DNA of 63,721 nt, filler included, from Octopus bimaculoides (GCF_001194135.2; 4 parts of 4 records of this genome joined end to end with filler, not necessarily neighbours in it), one strand, 5' to 3'. Positions 49,790-62,950 are shown, numbered from the whole stretch's first letter. Numbers and translations: made by a program. Notes: a model not told the origin generated them from the letters alone.

Positions 49790-51500
49790 TATCATCATCA
49801 TCGTTTAACGTCCGCCTGCCATACTAGCATGGGTTGGATGAGTTGACTAAGGACTGGTGAACCAGATGGCTACACCAGGCTCCAATCTGATTTGGCAGAG
49901 TTTCTACAGCTGGATGCCCTTCCTAACGCCAACCACTCCGAGAGTGTAGTGGGTGCTTTTACATGCCACCGGCACGAAGGCCAGTCAGGCGGTACTGACT
50001 GGCCACGCTCAAAATGGTGTATTTTATGTGCCACCTGCACAGGAGCCAGTCCAGCGGCACTGGCAACAATCTCGCTCGAATGACTTTTCATGTGCCACCA
50101 GNNNNNNNNNNNNNNNNNNNNNNNNNNNNNNNNNNNNNNNNNNNNNNNNNNNNNNNNNNNNNNNNNNNNNNNNNNNNNNNNNNNNNNNNNNNNNNNNNNN
50201 NNNNNNNNNNNNNNNNNNNNNNNNNNNNNNNNNNNNNNNNNNNNNNNNNNNNNNNNNNNNNNNNNNNNNNNNNNNNNNNNNNNNNNNGTCTTCTCATGCA
50301 CAGCATGAAGTCATTGCCTCGGTGAGGCCCAATGTTCGGAGGTCGTGCTTCACCACCTCATCCCAGGTCTTCCTGGGCCTGCCTCTTCCACAGGTTCCCT
50401 CAACTGCTAGGGTGTGGCACTCTTTCACACAACTATCCTCATCCATTCTCACCACGTGATCATACCAGCGCAATCATCTCTCTTGCACACCACAACTGAT
50501 GCTTCTTAGGTTCAACTTTTCTCTCAAGGTACTGATACTCTGTCTAGTATGCACACTGACATTACACATCCATCGGAGCATACTGGCTTCATTCTTTTCG
50601 AGCTTACGCATGTCCTCAGCAGTCACGGCCCATATTTCACTTCCATGTAGCATGGCTGTTCGTACACATGCGTCATACAGTCTGCCTTTTACTCTGAGAG
50701 AGAGACCCTTTGTCACCAGCAGAGGTAAGAACTCTCTGAACTTTGCCCAGGCTATTCTTATTCTAGTAGCTACACTTTCAGCGCACCCTCCCCCACTACT
50801 AACTTGGTCACCTAGATAGCAGAAGCTATCAACTACGTCTAGTTTTTTCTCCCTGGAATGTGGCAGAAGTTGTTTTCTGCACATTTACAGTGTTTATTGC
50901 TCCTGAACATCTGTCACATACAAAAACTAACTTCCTAGTTAACCTTCTTTTGATATTGCTGCACCTCTTATGTGTCCATAGCTTGCACTGGGTGCATCTT
51001 ATAGAGTTTCTACTTACGCCTTTTCTACAGATCAAGCAGGGACATCTACCTGAAGGGGTTCCTGTTTTTTCTACCTTCCTACTTATGAGGACTTTGGTTT
51101 TAGCTAGGTTGACTCTAAGGCCCTTCGATTCTAGTCTTTGCTTCCACACCTGAAACTTCTCCCCCAGTTCTGATAGTGACTCAGCAATTAGTGCAAGGTC
51201 ATCAACATAGAGGAGCTCCCAGGGGCATCCTGTCTTGAATTCCTCTGTTATCGCCTGGAAGACTATGATAAATAGGAGGGGGCTGAGGACAGAACCTTGG
51301 TGGACCCCTACCTCTACCCAGAAATCTTCACTGTACTCATTGCCAACCCTCACCTTACTGACAGCGTCTCTGTACATGGCTCGCACAGCTCTCACTAACT
51401 ATTCTTCTATCCCTAGTTTCCTCATTGACCACCAGATAAGGGATTGGGGGACCCTGTCAAAGGCTTTCTCCATTTCAACGAAAGCCAGGTACAGAGTTCT
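49790..51500 (-). mobile_element. RTE family A, 5'-truncated, minus strand
   Basis: ORFs 50829-51395 and 50474-50884: VGVHQGSVLSPLLF, ELLYVDDL, complete C4HC3 finger, LDVVDSFCYLGD; 3' UTR and (ATC)n tail at 49790. Confidence 0.93.
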
Positions 51501-51509
51501 CCGATGCAA

Positions 51510-54425
51510 ATGATCGTATGGTTTGTAATACTAACTTCTGGAAACCTGCCGTTCACCTATTCACTTATTAATCTTGTGGACACACCAGTCAAACTGACTA
51601 CATCTTCGCCAAGAAATGGGAAACATGGTTACTTATAAATGCCAAAACCTTTCCAGGTGAAGAATGTACCCCCACAACATAGATTAGTAGTTAGCAACTT
51701 CAGGATCAGGGCTAAATGGATGCCCAGAAGGCGACCAGCATGGAGAAGGGTCTGGAAGATTAAGGATCCTGCGAATGGACAGAGATTTAGAGATATATTA
51801 CTCAAAGCATCTGACAAAATGGAGGGGGATATAACATCACATATGGAAGACAACTGGAGGTTTCTATGGGACAACTTGTTGAAGGCTACTGACCAAATCT
51901 GGTGCAAAGTCCCCTCTCGACCCAAGGTAATGTGGTGGTGGAACAATAAAGTTGACAGGGCCATTAGGGAAAAGAAACAGGCATGGAAAGATTGGATGAA
52001 CGGTGGTAGCAGGGAATTGTATCAGACTGCCATAAGGGAAGCTAGGAGACAGGTTTATTTAGTTAGAGGGGAGGCAGATAAGAAAAAATTTGCCAATGTT
52101 CTGCGTTATGAGGACCAGACACTTGAGGTGTTTCATGTTGCAAGACAGTGTGCGAGAGAGAATCATGATATCATAGGAGAGAAATGAGGCTTCAAGGAGA
52201 GAGACTTGGAGATGCCACTGTGAAAGGTTGCTAAATGAAGAGAATGAATGGGAGAAAGAGAGTCTGCTGAATGTCAACCAAACAGAGGGACCAGCTATCC
52301 AAACTGACAGTACCTTGATAGATAAAGCAATTAAGAGTATGAAGACAGGGGAAGCCCCTGGCCCATCAGGAATCACTGCAGAGATGCTTAAAATATCTAG
52401 CAGTCTAGTCACCTGTATAGTCAATCAGGTGATACATGATGGAATCATACCCAAAGGTAAAAGTGACGCTTTAGATATGAATTATTGTAGAAGTATCAAG
52501 TTATTGGATCAGGTAATGAAAGTCATGGAGAGGGTCATAGCCCAACTAATTAGGGAGAGAGGCAGTCTAGACGAGATGCAGTTTGGGTTTGTGCCATGGA
52601 AAAGCATTACTGGTGCTATATTTCTGGTAAGACAGCTGCAGAAGAAATACCTAGCCAAAGATAAACCTCTGTACCTAGCTTTCATTGACATGGAGAAAGC
52701 CTTTGACAGGGTCCTCTGATCCCTTATCTAAGGATAGAAGAATGATAAGTGAGAGCTATACAAGCCTTGTACATGGATGCTGTCAGTTAGTTGAGAGTTG
52801 ACAATGAGTACAATGAAGAATTCCGGGCAGGAGTGGGGGGGGGGGGTCCACCAAGGATCAGTCCTCAGCCCTCTCTTATTTATCATAGTCTTCGAGGCAA
52901 TAACAGGAATTCAAGACATCTCTATGCTGATGACCTTGCTTTAATAACTGAGTCACTATCAGAACTGGAGGAGAAGGTCTAGAATTGAAGGGCCTTAGAA
53001 TCAATCTAGCAAAAACCAGTCTTAATATGGAGGAAGGCAGACAAACCACAAATCCTTTCAGGCACATGGCCCTGCTCGATCTGTAGAAGAGGTGTAGGTA
53101 GAGATCCCATAAGATGTACCCAGTGTAAGCTATGGAAAGGAAAGCTATCTGGGAAGATAGGTTTTGTGTGTGGCAAATGCTCAGGAGCAATAAACACTGA
53201 AAATGTGCAGAAAACAGCTACAGTCACATTCCAGGGAAAAAAACTACATGTAGTTGATAGCTTCCATTACGTAGGTGACCAATTCAGTAGCGGGGGTGGA
53301 TGCTCTGAAAGTGTAGCCGCTAGAATAAGAATAACTTAGACAAAGTTCAGAGAGCACCTACCTCTGCTGGTGACAAAGGACCTCTCGCTCAAAGTAAAAG
53401 GTAGACTGTATGACGCATGTATGCGAACAGCCATGCTACATGGCATTGAAACACGGGCCATGACTGCTGAGGACATGTGTAAGGTTGCAAGGAATGAAAC
53501 CAGTATGTTCCACTGGATGTGTAATGTCAGTGTGCATACACAACAGAGTGTAAGCACCCTGAGAGAAAAGTTGAATTTAAGAAGCATGAGATGTGGTAAG
53601 CAAGAGAGACAGCTGTGCTGGTATGGTCATGTGTTGTGTATGGATGAGGATAGCTGTGTGAAAAAGTGTCACACCCTAGCAGAAGAGGGAACCTGTGCAA
53701 GACGTAGACCAAGGAAGACCTGGTCAAGAATGACTCTCGAACTTTGGGCCACACCAAGGTGATGACAAGTAACCGAGACCTTTGGAGATATACTGTGTTT
53801 GAGAAGACCCAGCAAGCCAAGTGATACCGTAACCATGACATGACCTATGCCAGCACAGCATAACCAGCCCATTTAAGAGTACTCTTCAATCATTGGGCTA
53901 TAAACTGCGCTTGTGAAGACCTGTTGAGGCAAGTGAAATCATTGTTGTGGCTGATGGCAGTACCGCCAGATTCTCACCCATGGCACGTTAAAAGCACCAT
54001 TCGAGCGTAATTGTTACCAGTGATGCCTGAGTGGCTCCCATGCCGGTGGCACATAAAAAACACCATTTGAGCATGGTCGAAGCCAGTGCCAGCTGACGGG
54101 TTACGTGCCAGTTGCATGTAAAAAGGACCATTCAAGTATAGTTGTTGCCAGCGTCGCCTGACTCACTCCTATGCTGATGGTATGTAAAAAACACCATTCC
54201 AGCGTGGTTGATGCCAGAACCGCCTCACTGGCTCTCGTGCCAGTGGGATGTAAAAAGCACCCACTACACTCTCAGAGTGGTTGGCATTAGGAAAGGTATA
54301 AAGCTGTAGAAACTTTGCCTGATCGGATTGCAGCTTGGATTGCAAGCCCTCAATCAAACCGTCCAACCCATGCCAGCATGGAAAGCAGACGCTAATCGAC
54401 AATGATGATGAATGATGATGATGAT
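51510..54425 (+). mobile_element. RTE family A, longest copy (end of APE through 3' UTR)
   Basis: SQTDYIF-like APE end, KTFPGEEC.PQHRL, WWWNNKVDRAI, LAFIDMEKAFD, LYADDL, 3' UTR with about 65-bp tandem units, (GAT)n tail. Confidence 0.93.
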
Positions 54426-55399
54426 TGTCTATACTATAAATTGCAGTGTTCTTGATTGCTTGCTTGATTGATTGATTGATTGAGTGTTGGCAGATTCACT
54501 CGAGAACGGTGCAGTGGAATCGCGTGAAATTCAGCACAGAGCAGCAGCATGGTCCGCTCATGTTCAAGAGATTTTTATTGCCCTCCAACTCCCATGGTTA
54601 CTGAGATAATTGATTATTACTTTTTAATAATCCCATTTTAATATCCCATTCAAAGTGGGGAGGGGTGATTTTGTTGCCTTTCCCATGCACGAAATTTTAC
54701 GAAAAACCATCACAATAAAGATTTTTTTTTTCCAAGTAATGTGGCTGGGTTTGTTTTTCGAAAATTTTAATCAGAGGCACAGAAAAGAAATAATTTCANN
54801 NNNNNNNNNNNNNNNNNNNNNNNNNNNNNNNNNNNNNNNNNNNNNNNNNNNNNNNNNNNNNNNNNNNNNNNNNNNNNNNNNNNNNNNNNNNNNNNNNNNN
54901 NNNNNNNNNNNNNNNNNNNNNNNNNNNNNNNNNNNNNNNNNNNNNNNNNNNNNNNNNNNNNNNNNNNNNNNNNNNNNNNNNNNNNNNNNNNNNNNNNNNN
55001 NNNNNNNNNNNNNNNNNNNNNNNNNNNNNNNNNNNNNNNNNNNNNNNNNNNNNNNNNNNNNNNNNNNNNNNNNNNNNNNNNNNNNNNNNNNNNNNNNNNN
55101 NNNNNNNNNNNNNNNNNNNNNNNNNNNNNNNNNNNNNNNNNNNNNNNNNNNNNNNNNNNNNNNNNNNNNNNNNNNNNNNNNNNNNNNNNNNNNNNNNNNN
55201 NNNNNNNNNNNNNNNNNNNNNNNNNNNNNNNNNNNNNNNNNNNNNNNNNNNNNNNNNNNNNNNNNNNNNNNNNNNNNNNNNNNNNNNNNNNNNNNNNNNN
55301 NNNNNNNNNNNNNNNNNNNNNNNNNNNNNNNNNNNNNNNNNNNNNNNNNNNNNNNNNNNNNNNNNNNNNNNNNNNNNNNNNNNNNNNNNNNNNNNNNNN

Positions 55400-55900
55400 T
55401 AGAAAAAGGTATCATGTATAGAGCCAAAGTCCAGATAGAAGGCTCGCACGATTATAGAACTTATACAGGGGCTATGGAAAATTCATTTAAAACCAGGCTT
55501 TATTCGCACAAAAATTCTTTTAGATACCCTGAAAATAGGACAAAGGCCCAACTTTTCAACGTGACATGGATAATTTTAGGTAGAGCATTGCCTTACAGGC
55601 ACGGTGCCCATAAAAGACCAATTAAATGTGAGTTGTGTTTGTTGGAAAAGTTGCATATCTTATTCCAAGATAAGAAAGCTCTGAACCAAAGACGCGAACT
55701 TTTAAATTCATGTAGACATGCGTCCAAATTTAAAATGTCGGCAAATAACATACCATATGGGAAGTATATATATATTTTTTGATAGTGTTTGACTCCTCGT
55801 AACCATTGTGCAATCTTATTATTGGATTGGTACCGCATTATAAATGATTTATTTAGCGTTGCAAGAATATTGTATAGATCCCAACGTCATTTTAAGAAAA
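55400..55900 (+). mobile_element. Penelope-like element 3' fragment (GIY-YIG)
   Basis: GIMYRAKV...RTYTGAMENSFKTRLYSHKNSFRY...KCELCLLEKLHIL...LNQRRELLNSCRH. Confidence 0.85.
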
Positions 55901-57631
55901 CCTTCGACTGTTATATGCATAGTTTTTCTTTTTTCTAGTTTTACTTTATTCTATTCTATTTGTATTTATTTTAAAACACTTTGTAAACAAATTTAAAAGT
56001 TTTAATGGATGGTGCGATATATGGAATTCTATTATGCATATATTTTTGCCCAATTTTAACTTTTATACACCCAGCAATTTCTTAAAAAGTTGTCTACATA
56101 TATATGCTGAGACCTAAAAGTATTTTTATGTGGATGTCTGTATTGTAACAATGCTTACGTATTCGTATGTGTGCGTGTATGTTTACGTATAGAGCCTAGG
56201 TTTACACTTGTGCACATACAGTTATGATTTCGTGTGTATGCATGGGTAAGAGTGTATGCTTATATTTATTTACACATACATGCATTTATTCGCATGTGTG
56301 CATCTATGTTATATATGGGAATGTGCACTTAGGTTCACACTCACACATACTTGAATGTGTGCATACGCATGTATACAGTTATGTTTGTGAGTATTTGCGA
56401 ACATATCCCCATATATATCTTTATACGTGATGCTAATATACATTTTTGTATACACATGTATACGCAATCCAATTTTGTGTACATTTGTTATATATGCTAC
56501 ACTTCCTTCTTTCTCTCTTTCTTTCTTCCCTTCCTCCTTTCTCTCCTTTCTTCCTTTCTGTCTTTCTTTCTTCCTTTCCTTCCTCACGATAACCACACTT
56601 TCTCTCTTTCTACATTAGTAACGTCCTTATCGATATGTTACCCCTCTACTTCATAGGTTAAGATACAATTTTTGTTACCAACGCATAATATTTTTTGTGC
56701 GCGAACTTGACTGCATGTATATGTGTATGTGTATACATGCATATTCGTGCATGTATTTGTGTCTTGCAAATATATACCTATATACATAGATTGTCTGTAC
56801 GTATGCATCTGTGTATTTTTATGTATATATACATGTTGTAGATAGTCTAGTATACATATATACTGTTGCAATTTTATTTTTAATGCTGCGTGTATTTTAT
56901 TTTATTTGATTTTAATGTGTTAATTCGAATANNNNNNNNNNNNNNNNNNNNNNNNNNNNNNNNNNNNNNNNNNNNNNNNNNNNNNNNNNNNNNNNNNNNN
57001 NNNNNNNNNNNNNNNNNNNNNNNNNNNNNNNATTAGAAATTAAATAAATAAAGAATTTTGACATGTATGAATATTTATTTCACCCCACTGTATATATATA
57101 TACATTTAACCAATTAGCATTTCATTATGATTAATACTATCAATTAGTACTACAGACATAATTTTTTATAAATTATTATGATTAATCTAATACTTTATTG
57201 TATCTTTACCTCTTCTCTGACTAAAACCTATTGGCTTATCCCATTGCAATTTTTTAAAAAATAATTATCCATCCTATCCCCTCTAGTACAAAGGATTAAT
57301 CCACCAATTGCTATTTTGCTTTAGCCATTTACTTAACGTCCCAAAGATATACACAAGCAAAATGGTATGATTAGAACCATATTCAACTTCTCCTTTTTTT
57401 GCTCTATGCCCTTCTTCTTTATTTCTTCTTTACTCTGATGAAGCTCCATGTTTCAGATCAGTTTTATTACCAGATATGATAAATATTCTTGCATATCAAA
57501 GGCAATACCACCCAACATTGGAAGCAGAAACAGCTGTTAGATGGGATGCAGTCTATTTGCATTGAATTAATAAATAATTATGTCAGTCAATTGTTGTTCA
57601 TCTATATTTCTCTATTTTCTGTTTTCTTTAT

Positions 57632-57872
57632 ATATATATCATCATCATCATCATCGTTTAACGTCCGCTTTCCATGCTAGCATGGGTTGGACGATTTGAC
57701 TGAGGACTGGTGAAACCGGATGGCAACACCAGGCTCCAGTCTGATTTGGCAGAGTTTCTACAGCTGGATGCCCTTCCTAACGCCAACCACTCAGAGAGTG
57801 TAGTGGGTGCTTTTACGTGTCACCCGCACGAAAACGGCCACGCTCGAAATGGTGTCTTTTATGTGCCACCCG
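57632..57872 (-). mobile_element. RTE family A 3' end, cut by a scaffold join
   Basis: Reads identically to 11385-11605 over the shared length. Confidence 0.85.
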
Positions 57873-57972
57873 NNNNNNNNNNNNNNNNNNNNNNNNNNNN
57901 NNNNNNNNNNNNNNNNTTAATTAATTAANNNNNNNNNNNNNNNNNNNNNNNNNNNNNNNNNNNNNNNNNNNN
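57873..57972. other. Assembly join marker N44-TTAATTAATTAA-N44
   Basis: Same structure as the other two markers. Confidence 0.9.
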
Positions 57973-58013
<41 letters not shown>

Positions 58014-61000
58014 TAGATAGATAAATAGATAGATAGATAAGAAGATCGTGTGTCTATGTATGTATATGTTAGTGCATGTATACATTTATGCATGAGTATA
58101 AATATGAAGGAATAGGAATATAATTTTGTAACAGTTTAAAGTATGAAATATTTGTTTTGATTCACCCACTGAATATTTAATAATGACATTAGCAATGTTC
58201 TCAAGGATGCATTATGCTTAAAGATTATTAAGTTAACACCAGGTTTCTATGCTTAATCTAAAGAATCGTAGGCTTATTTAAATCAATTCAAACTATATCT
58301 ATCACCATCAGAAATTTGGTAAAATGAGAATTATTCTTAAAAAAAAGAGGAATCGTTTGTATTTTAGTTGATCAACAATTAAATAAAAGTATACGAGTAG
58401 TGTTTTAATATGTACTTTCGTAGCAATATCCATAACTCCAAAGAAGTTCCCGTGTTATTGTACAGAGAGCCATAGTTAACAATCACCATATCACTGAATT
58501 ACTCCTCTTAAATAGCCTTAGAGATGAAAAGAGAAAAATGACTAGAAAGACCCCTTTTACTGTGCCATTCAACTTTGATCCCATGCACTCGATAAAATTC
58601 GTGAAAGCATTGTTGGTCATTTTGCATAACCAGATCTGTAGATCATCTTTGGGACGGAAATATAATAAAACTCTCAATAAAAGTTTCTTTTGGCTTTTGA
58701 TGTGTTTAACCTGTGGCTTCCTGCTAGCACGCAAAATTTAGGTATATGATTTATTTAGCGCTGACTGGTTTGCGCGTGCGCATCTGTGCGTATGTGTATT
58801 GTATATGTGCGTGCCTATGTGCATTTTGTGTGTGTGTATTCCTGGTTTTGGTTTACGTTTCACACATATTTGCCTTCTAATTATGTGAATTTCTGTCTTG
58901 CTGATATATATATACATATAGTATCAGGTTTCATGTTAGTTACATGTTACATGTACTTTTGAAAACGGAACATTATTTTTATGTGATTTTCAAAAATACA
59001 TGTTTCGAAGCTCAAATTCCCCTATTGAAAACGATAAAGTTACATGCTTCAGCAATTTAACAAAAGTGACTATACATACATACACAGATACATTACATAC
59101 ATACATACATACATAATATATATATATATATATAACGTGAGAGAGTTAGGGGTTGGGGGTACAACCCACTAAGGGATATTATCTATCCAGTATACTGCTG
59201 GGAGGGTACCCAATTATTGCTACGCTAGTGCTATACTAGGTGCAATCAATGGGAGCGGGTAAAAGTGGAGGTTTTACCCAAAATTTGTGTAACAATTAGA
59301 AAATGGAGGATAATATGCTGAACCCAACTACTTGCAGACGGTGTATCCCGTTGAATTCATTAATTTAATTCATATAGTATGCTACGATAGTGGTTTACGT
59401 TTCTTTTCGTTGCAGTTGTTCCAATATTCATCGATGATCTGAAAAACATCCTGATAGTTCTTTCCTTCTTCCGGAAGCTCCGGGTACGCTGACACAAAGT
59501 ACTCTTAGCGCTTTATGTAGTCAACTTCTTTACTTTGTCTGATATCTTAAAATGGATATCACTTTAATGTCCTCAACTGCTTGTTAATTAAATTCTTTGA
59601 AGTAAAAGCGTGATCTTTCTTAGCTAAATATAACTCATAATTTGAAGACATGTTTAAAAAACGAGAAGACACACTCTTTGAAACATTACGAAAGCACTAA
59701 TCAATCGTCTCTATAATTATTAACAATGCAAAAATGAGGAACAGATAAAAAAACAATAAAACCCAATTTCAATTAACAATGTTTTAAATGTATTGACGAA
59801 TCGTTCGTAAATTATAAATTACTTTTTGTCATTCCTGAAAGAAAACATATTTAGTAGCAAAAGTTTCATTAGTTGGAGGTATGTGTTTACTGTTAGATTG
59901 AAATCTATGAATGTTTCAAGTATGCTAAGTGAAAGGAAGCAATTAGTGTTGATTTCCCATGCAGAAACACAATGAAATGTGGCAACAAAATTTGAATATT
60001 TGTAACGTGAGATCGTAAAAGAAATTAAAAATTAGCATTTCTACAACATAATTTAGCTATCAATAACTGTATATATTATGAATTATTTTAATACATATTG
60101 ATTTATTTTGGCATGTAATTCCTACAGATCTTTTTATTTAAATTAACTTATGTATCTGAATAAGGATTTCATAATTCCAGTTGATATTCTTCAGGAAACA
60201 ATCAGTCAATTTGGACAGAAATTCTATAACATTACATATATTTTTTATTTACCTCCTCAGGCTTATGTTACATATGCCTATTTAGGTTTAAATGTCATGT
60301 TCAGTTACATATTTTTTCGTGAATCGAAAGGGAGTGGGAACAAGTAAAATGTTTAGTATCAGATACTTGAATGTACATGGATACATTTCAAAAGGTTATG
60401 AAACTTAGTTTGTAAGGGAAAAATATAAGTATTCGATTATATATTGGTATATACCTTGCAGTTGAAGCCAATACACTTTTCAACATTGTGGAGACAGCTG
60501 GATATCAGTATGATCTTAAAACTCTATATTCACATGAAGTTTAGACAAGCAGTTCTCGGTGCAATACCGGAATACCAATGTGCTGGGCGTATTTCATAAT
60601 AATCTATTTCCCACAAGTGAAAGGAAAGCAGAGTTATATCTTGCTTTTAAAATTCTATCAAAACATCTAGTCACAGAGGTAGAATATAAGATAATTGGGT
60701 ATTCGTCGATGTTAAGGATAAATATGTCTTTCGATCAAGCGAGCTAGCAATGTATTGTTCTTTCAAGATAAATAGCTATTAAATCAGACATAAATACTCA
60801 CAGCATTATAGTTATTCAACATTATAATGTATAATAAAACTGGATATTCCAAGTACAATTTATTGGATATATTTTTTACGCTTTACTCCATTTTCCCAAT
60901 TCCCCTACAAATCTTAGTAAACGCGGGTTTATGCTAAATGATACTTGTTCAAGATGTCAAACAGTGAGAGTAGATTCGAAACAGTCATTGTGATAACGAC

Positions 61001-61902
61001 TCTGAGCCATTCCTATTTATGAGTATTTCAATTACACCTATAATAATCTATTTTCATATTTTATTAAATATCACACAAATTTAGTTAGATTAGAACAAGA
61101 AAATACATTAAAGTGAAAAGGTTGTTCTTAGAAGTCATTAACTACACCAGAATATTGTTCAAATTTTTATAAGTTAATATATCTGATGTGACATTTAATT
61201 TTAACCAGAGTATATATGGCAGTTTATGCAATAGATCTAATGCCGCAACATTTGGTAGTTATCGATAATCAACAGATGCAGAAGTAATCATAGAAGCATC
61301 TTGTACTTTTTATAGTATATATACACTATACAAAATGTAAAATAGAAAGAAAACATTATTTCAGCTGATAAGATAAGTTGTGTATAAAATAGACGAATAC
61401 AAAGAATCATCACATTAATTAGAAAGCGTGTGAAGTTCGAACCAAATAATATGAAAAGAAGGAAAACAAAAATACGCCCACACATTTCTAAAATATTTGA
61501 CATAAATAAGATAAAAGTAATTAATTGATTATTAAAAACAAAATATGGGTAAGAGAGTGTAAACGCTGATAAGGAATGTGAAGAAAAATGTAAATGAACA
61601 TAAATTTATCTCCAAGAGTTGTTCGATTTTACACATGATGCAATTAATTGTAATTACTGTTATTGCGCTGCCAATCAGATTTGCTCCATCTGCTATCGTT
61701 TTCGCTGCAGGATTAACTTTTCGGCATAAAACGGAAGTTGTTCTATTTTCTATATTTTCTTTTTTTTATATATATTTCCGTATATTTCTTCTTGCTTTCC
61801 TTCTTTAATTTTTACTTGAATTTACGATGATGAATTACTAATCTAATCGCTATTCGATGATAATATATGACACACACACACGGGCGCGCGCGCGTGTACT
61901 CA

Positions 61903-62202
61903 TTATCTGATGTCTACATATTTTCTTTTCTTACTTTCGTTCCTGAAAGTGACAGCAGGATGAAATTTCTACTGCCATAAACACGTGACTCACAACCGAT
62001 GGCATTCAGTCGCATGCCGCAAAATACATTTGTATGTATAGGTAAGACCGCAAGCAGGCTGCTTTGGCACACATTGCTGCGCTTGACCTGGTAATTGATG
62101 GAGGTAACATATGTAGATATTAGTGGAATATAACAGACAGACATAGAGTTAACTATACTGCCCTTACCAATAGGATGGGCAGCATGTATAACAAATACAT
62201 GT
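61903..62202 (-). CDS. Candidate three-exon cluster (62168-62202, 61994-62087, 61903-61942) encoding a Cys-containing C-terminus
   Basis: Donors TTG|GTAAGG and GTT|GTGAGT; acceptors CATTCAG, TTACCAG, CTTTCAG; joins in frame to HVFVIHAAHPIGQAQQCVPKQPACGLTYTYKCILRHATECHRLNESKKRKYVDIR*. Introns are only 80 and 51 nt and other frames are also open. Confidence 0.3.
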
Positions 62203-62269
62203 CTGAATGTACGGACGTACAGCAGCCGGAAAATAAACAAAGCGTATACATTATGTACATGGGGTTAAT

Positions 62270-62279
62270 AATGATGATG

Positions 62280-62326
<47 letters not shown>

Positions 62327-62402
62327 TATAAGAAGAAGAAGAACAAAAAGAAAAAGAAGAAGAAGAAGAAAAAGAAGAAGAAGAAGAAGAAAGAGAAGAA
62401 GA
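62270..62402. repeat. (ATA)n(AGA)n compound microsatellite
   Basis: Direct reading. Confidence 0.95.
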
Positions 62403-62404
62403 AC

Positions 62405-62950
62405 CACATGGTTCCAGTTTCAATCCTACAGCGGGGCATCTTGACCGAATGTCTTCTGCTATAGCCTCGGGCCGACAAAAGCTTTGTGAGTGGATTTAGT
62501 AGACGGAANNNNNNNNNNNNNNNNNNNNNNNNNNNNNNNNNNNNNNNNNNNNNNNNNNNNNNNNNNNNNNNNNNNNNNNNNNNNNNNNNNNNNNNNNNNN
62601 NNNNNNNNNNNNNNNNNNNNNNNNNNNNNNNNNNNNNNNNNNNNNNNNNNNNNNNNNNNNNNNNNNNNNNNNNNNNNNNNNNNNNNNNNNNNNNNNNNNN
62701 NNNNNNNNNNNNNNNTATATATGTGTGTGTATGTGTGTGTGTGTGTGTGTGTTTGTTCCCCCACCATCGCTTCACAACCGATGCTGTTTGCGTCCCCGTA
62801 AGTTAGCGGATCGGCAAAAGAACCGATAGAATGAGTGCTAGGCTTAGAAAGAATAAGTCCTGGGGTCGATTTGCTCGACTAAAAGCGGTGATCCAGCATG
62901 GCCGCATTCAAATGACTGAAACAAGTAAAAGAATAAAAGAATAAAAGAAT
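62405..62950 (+). mobile_element. tRNA-derived SINE (family of 22125-22550) spanning a gap
   Basis: CACATGGTTCCAGTTTCAATCC... head and conserved tail ATGACTGAAACAAGTAAAAGAATAAAAGAAT. Confidence 0.85.

Noticed and set aside
53950-54270. CRISPR-like repeat-spacer array
   Set aside because: Units are contiguous diverged tandem repeats without unique spacers, inside a eukaryotic LINE 3' UTR; no cas genes.
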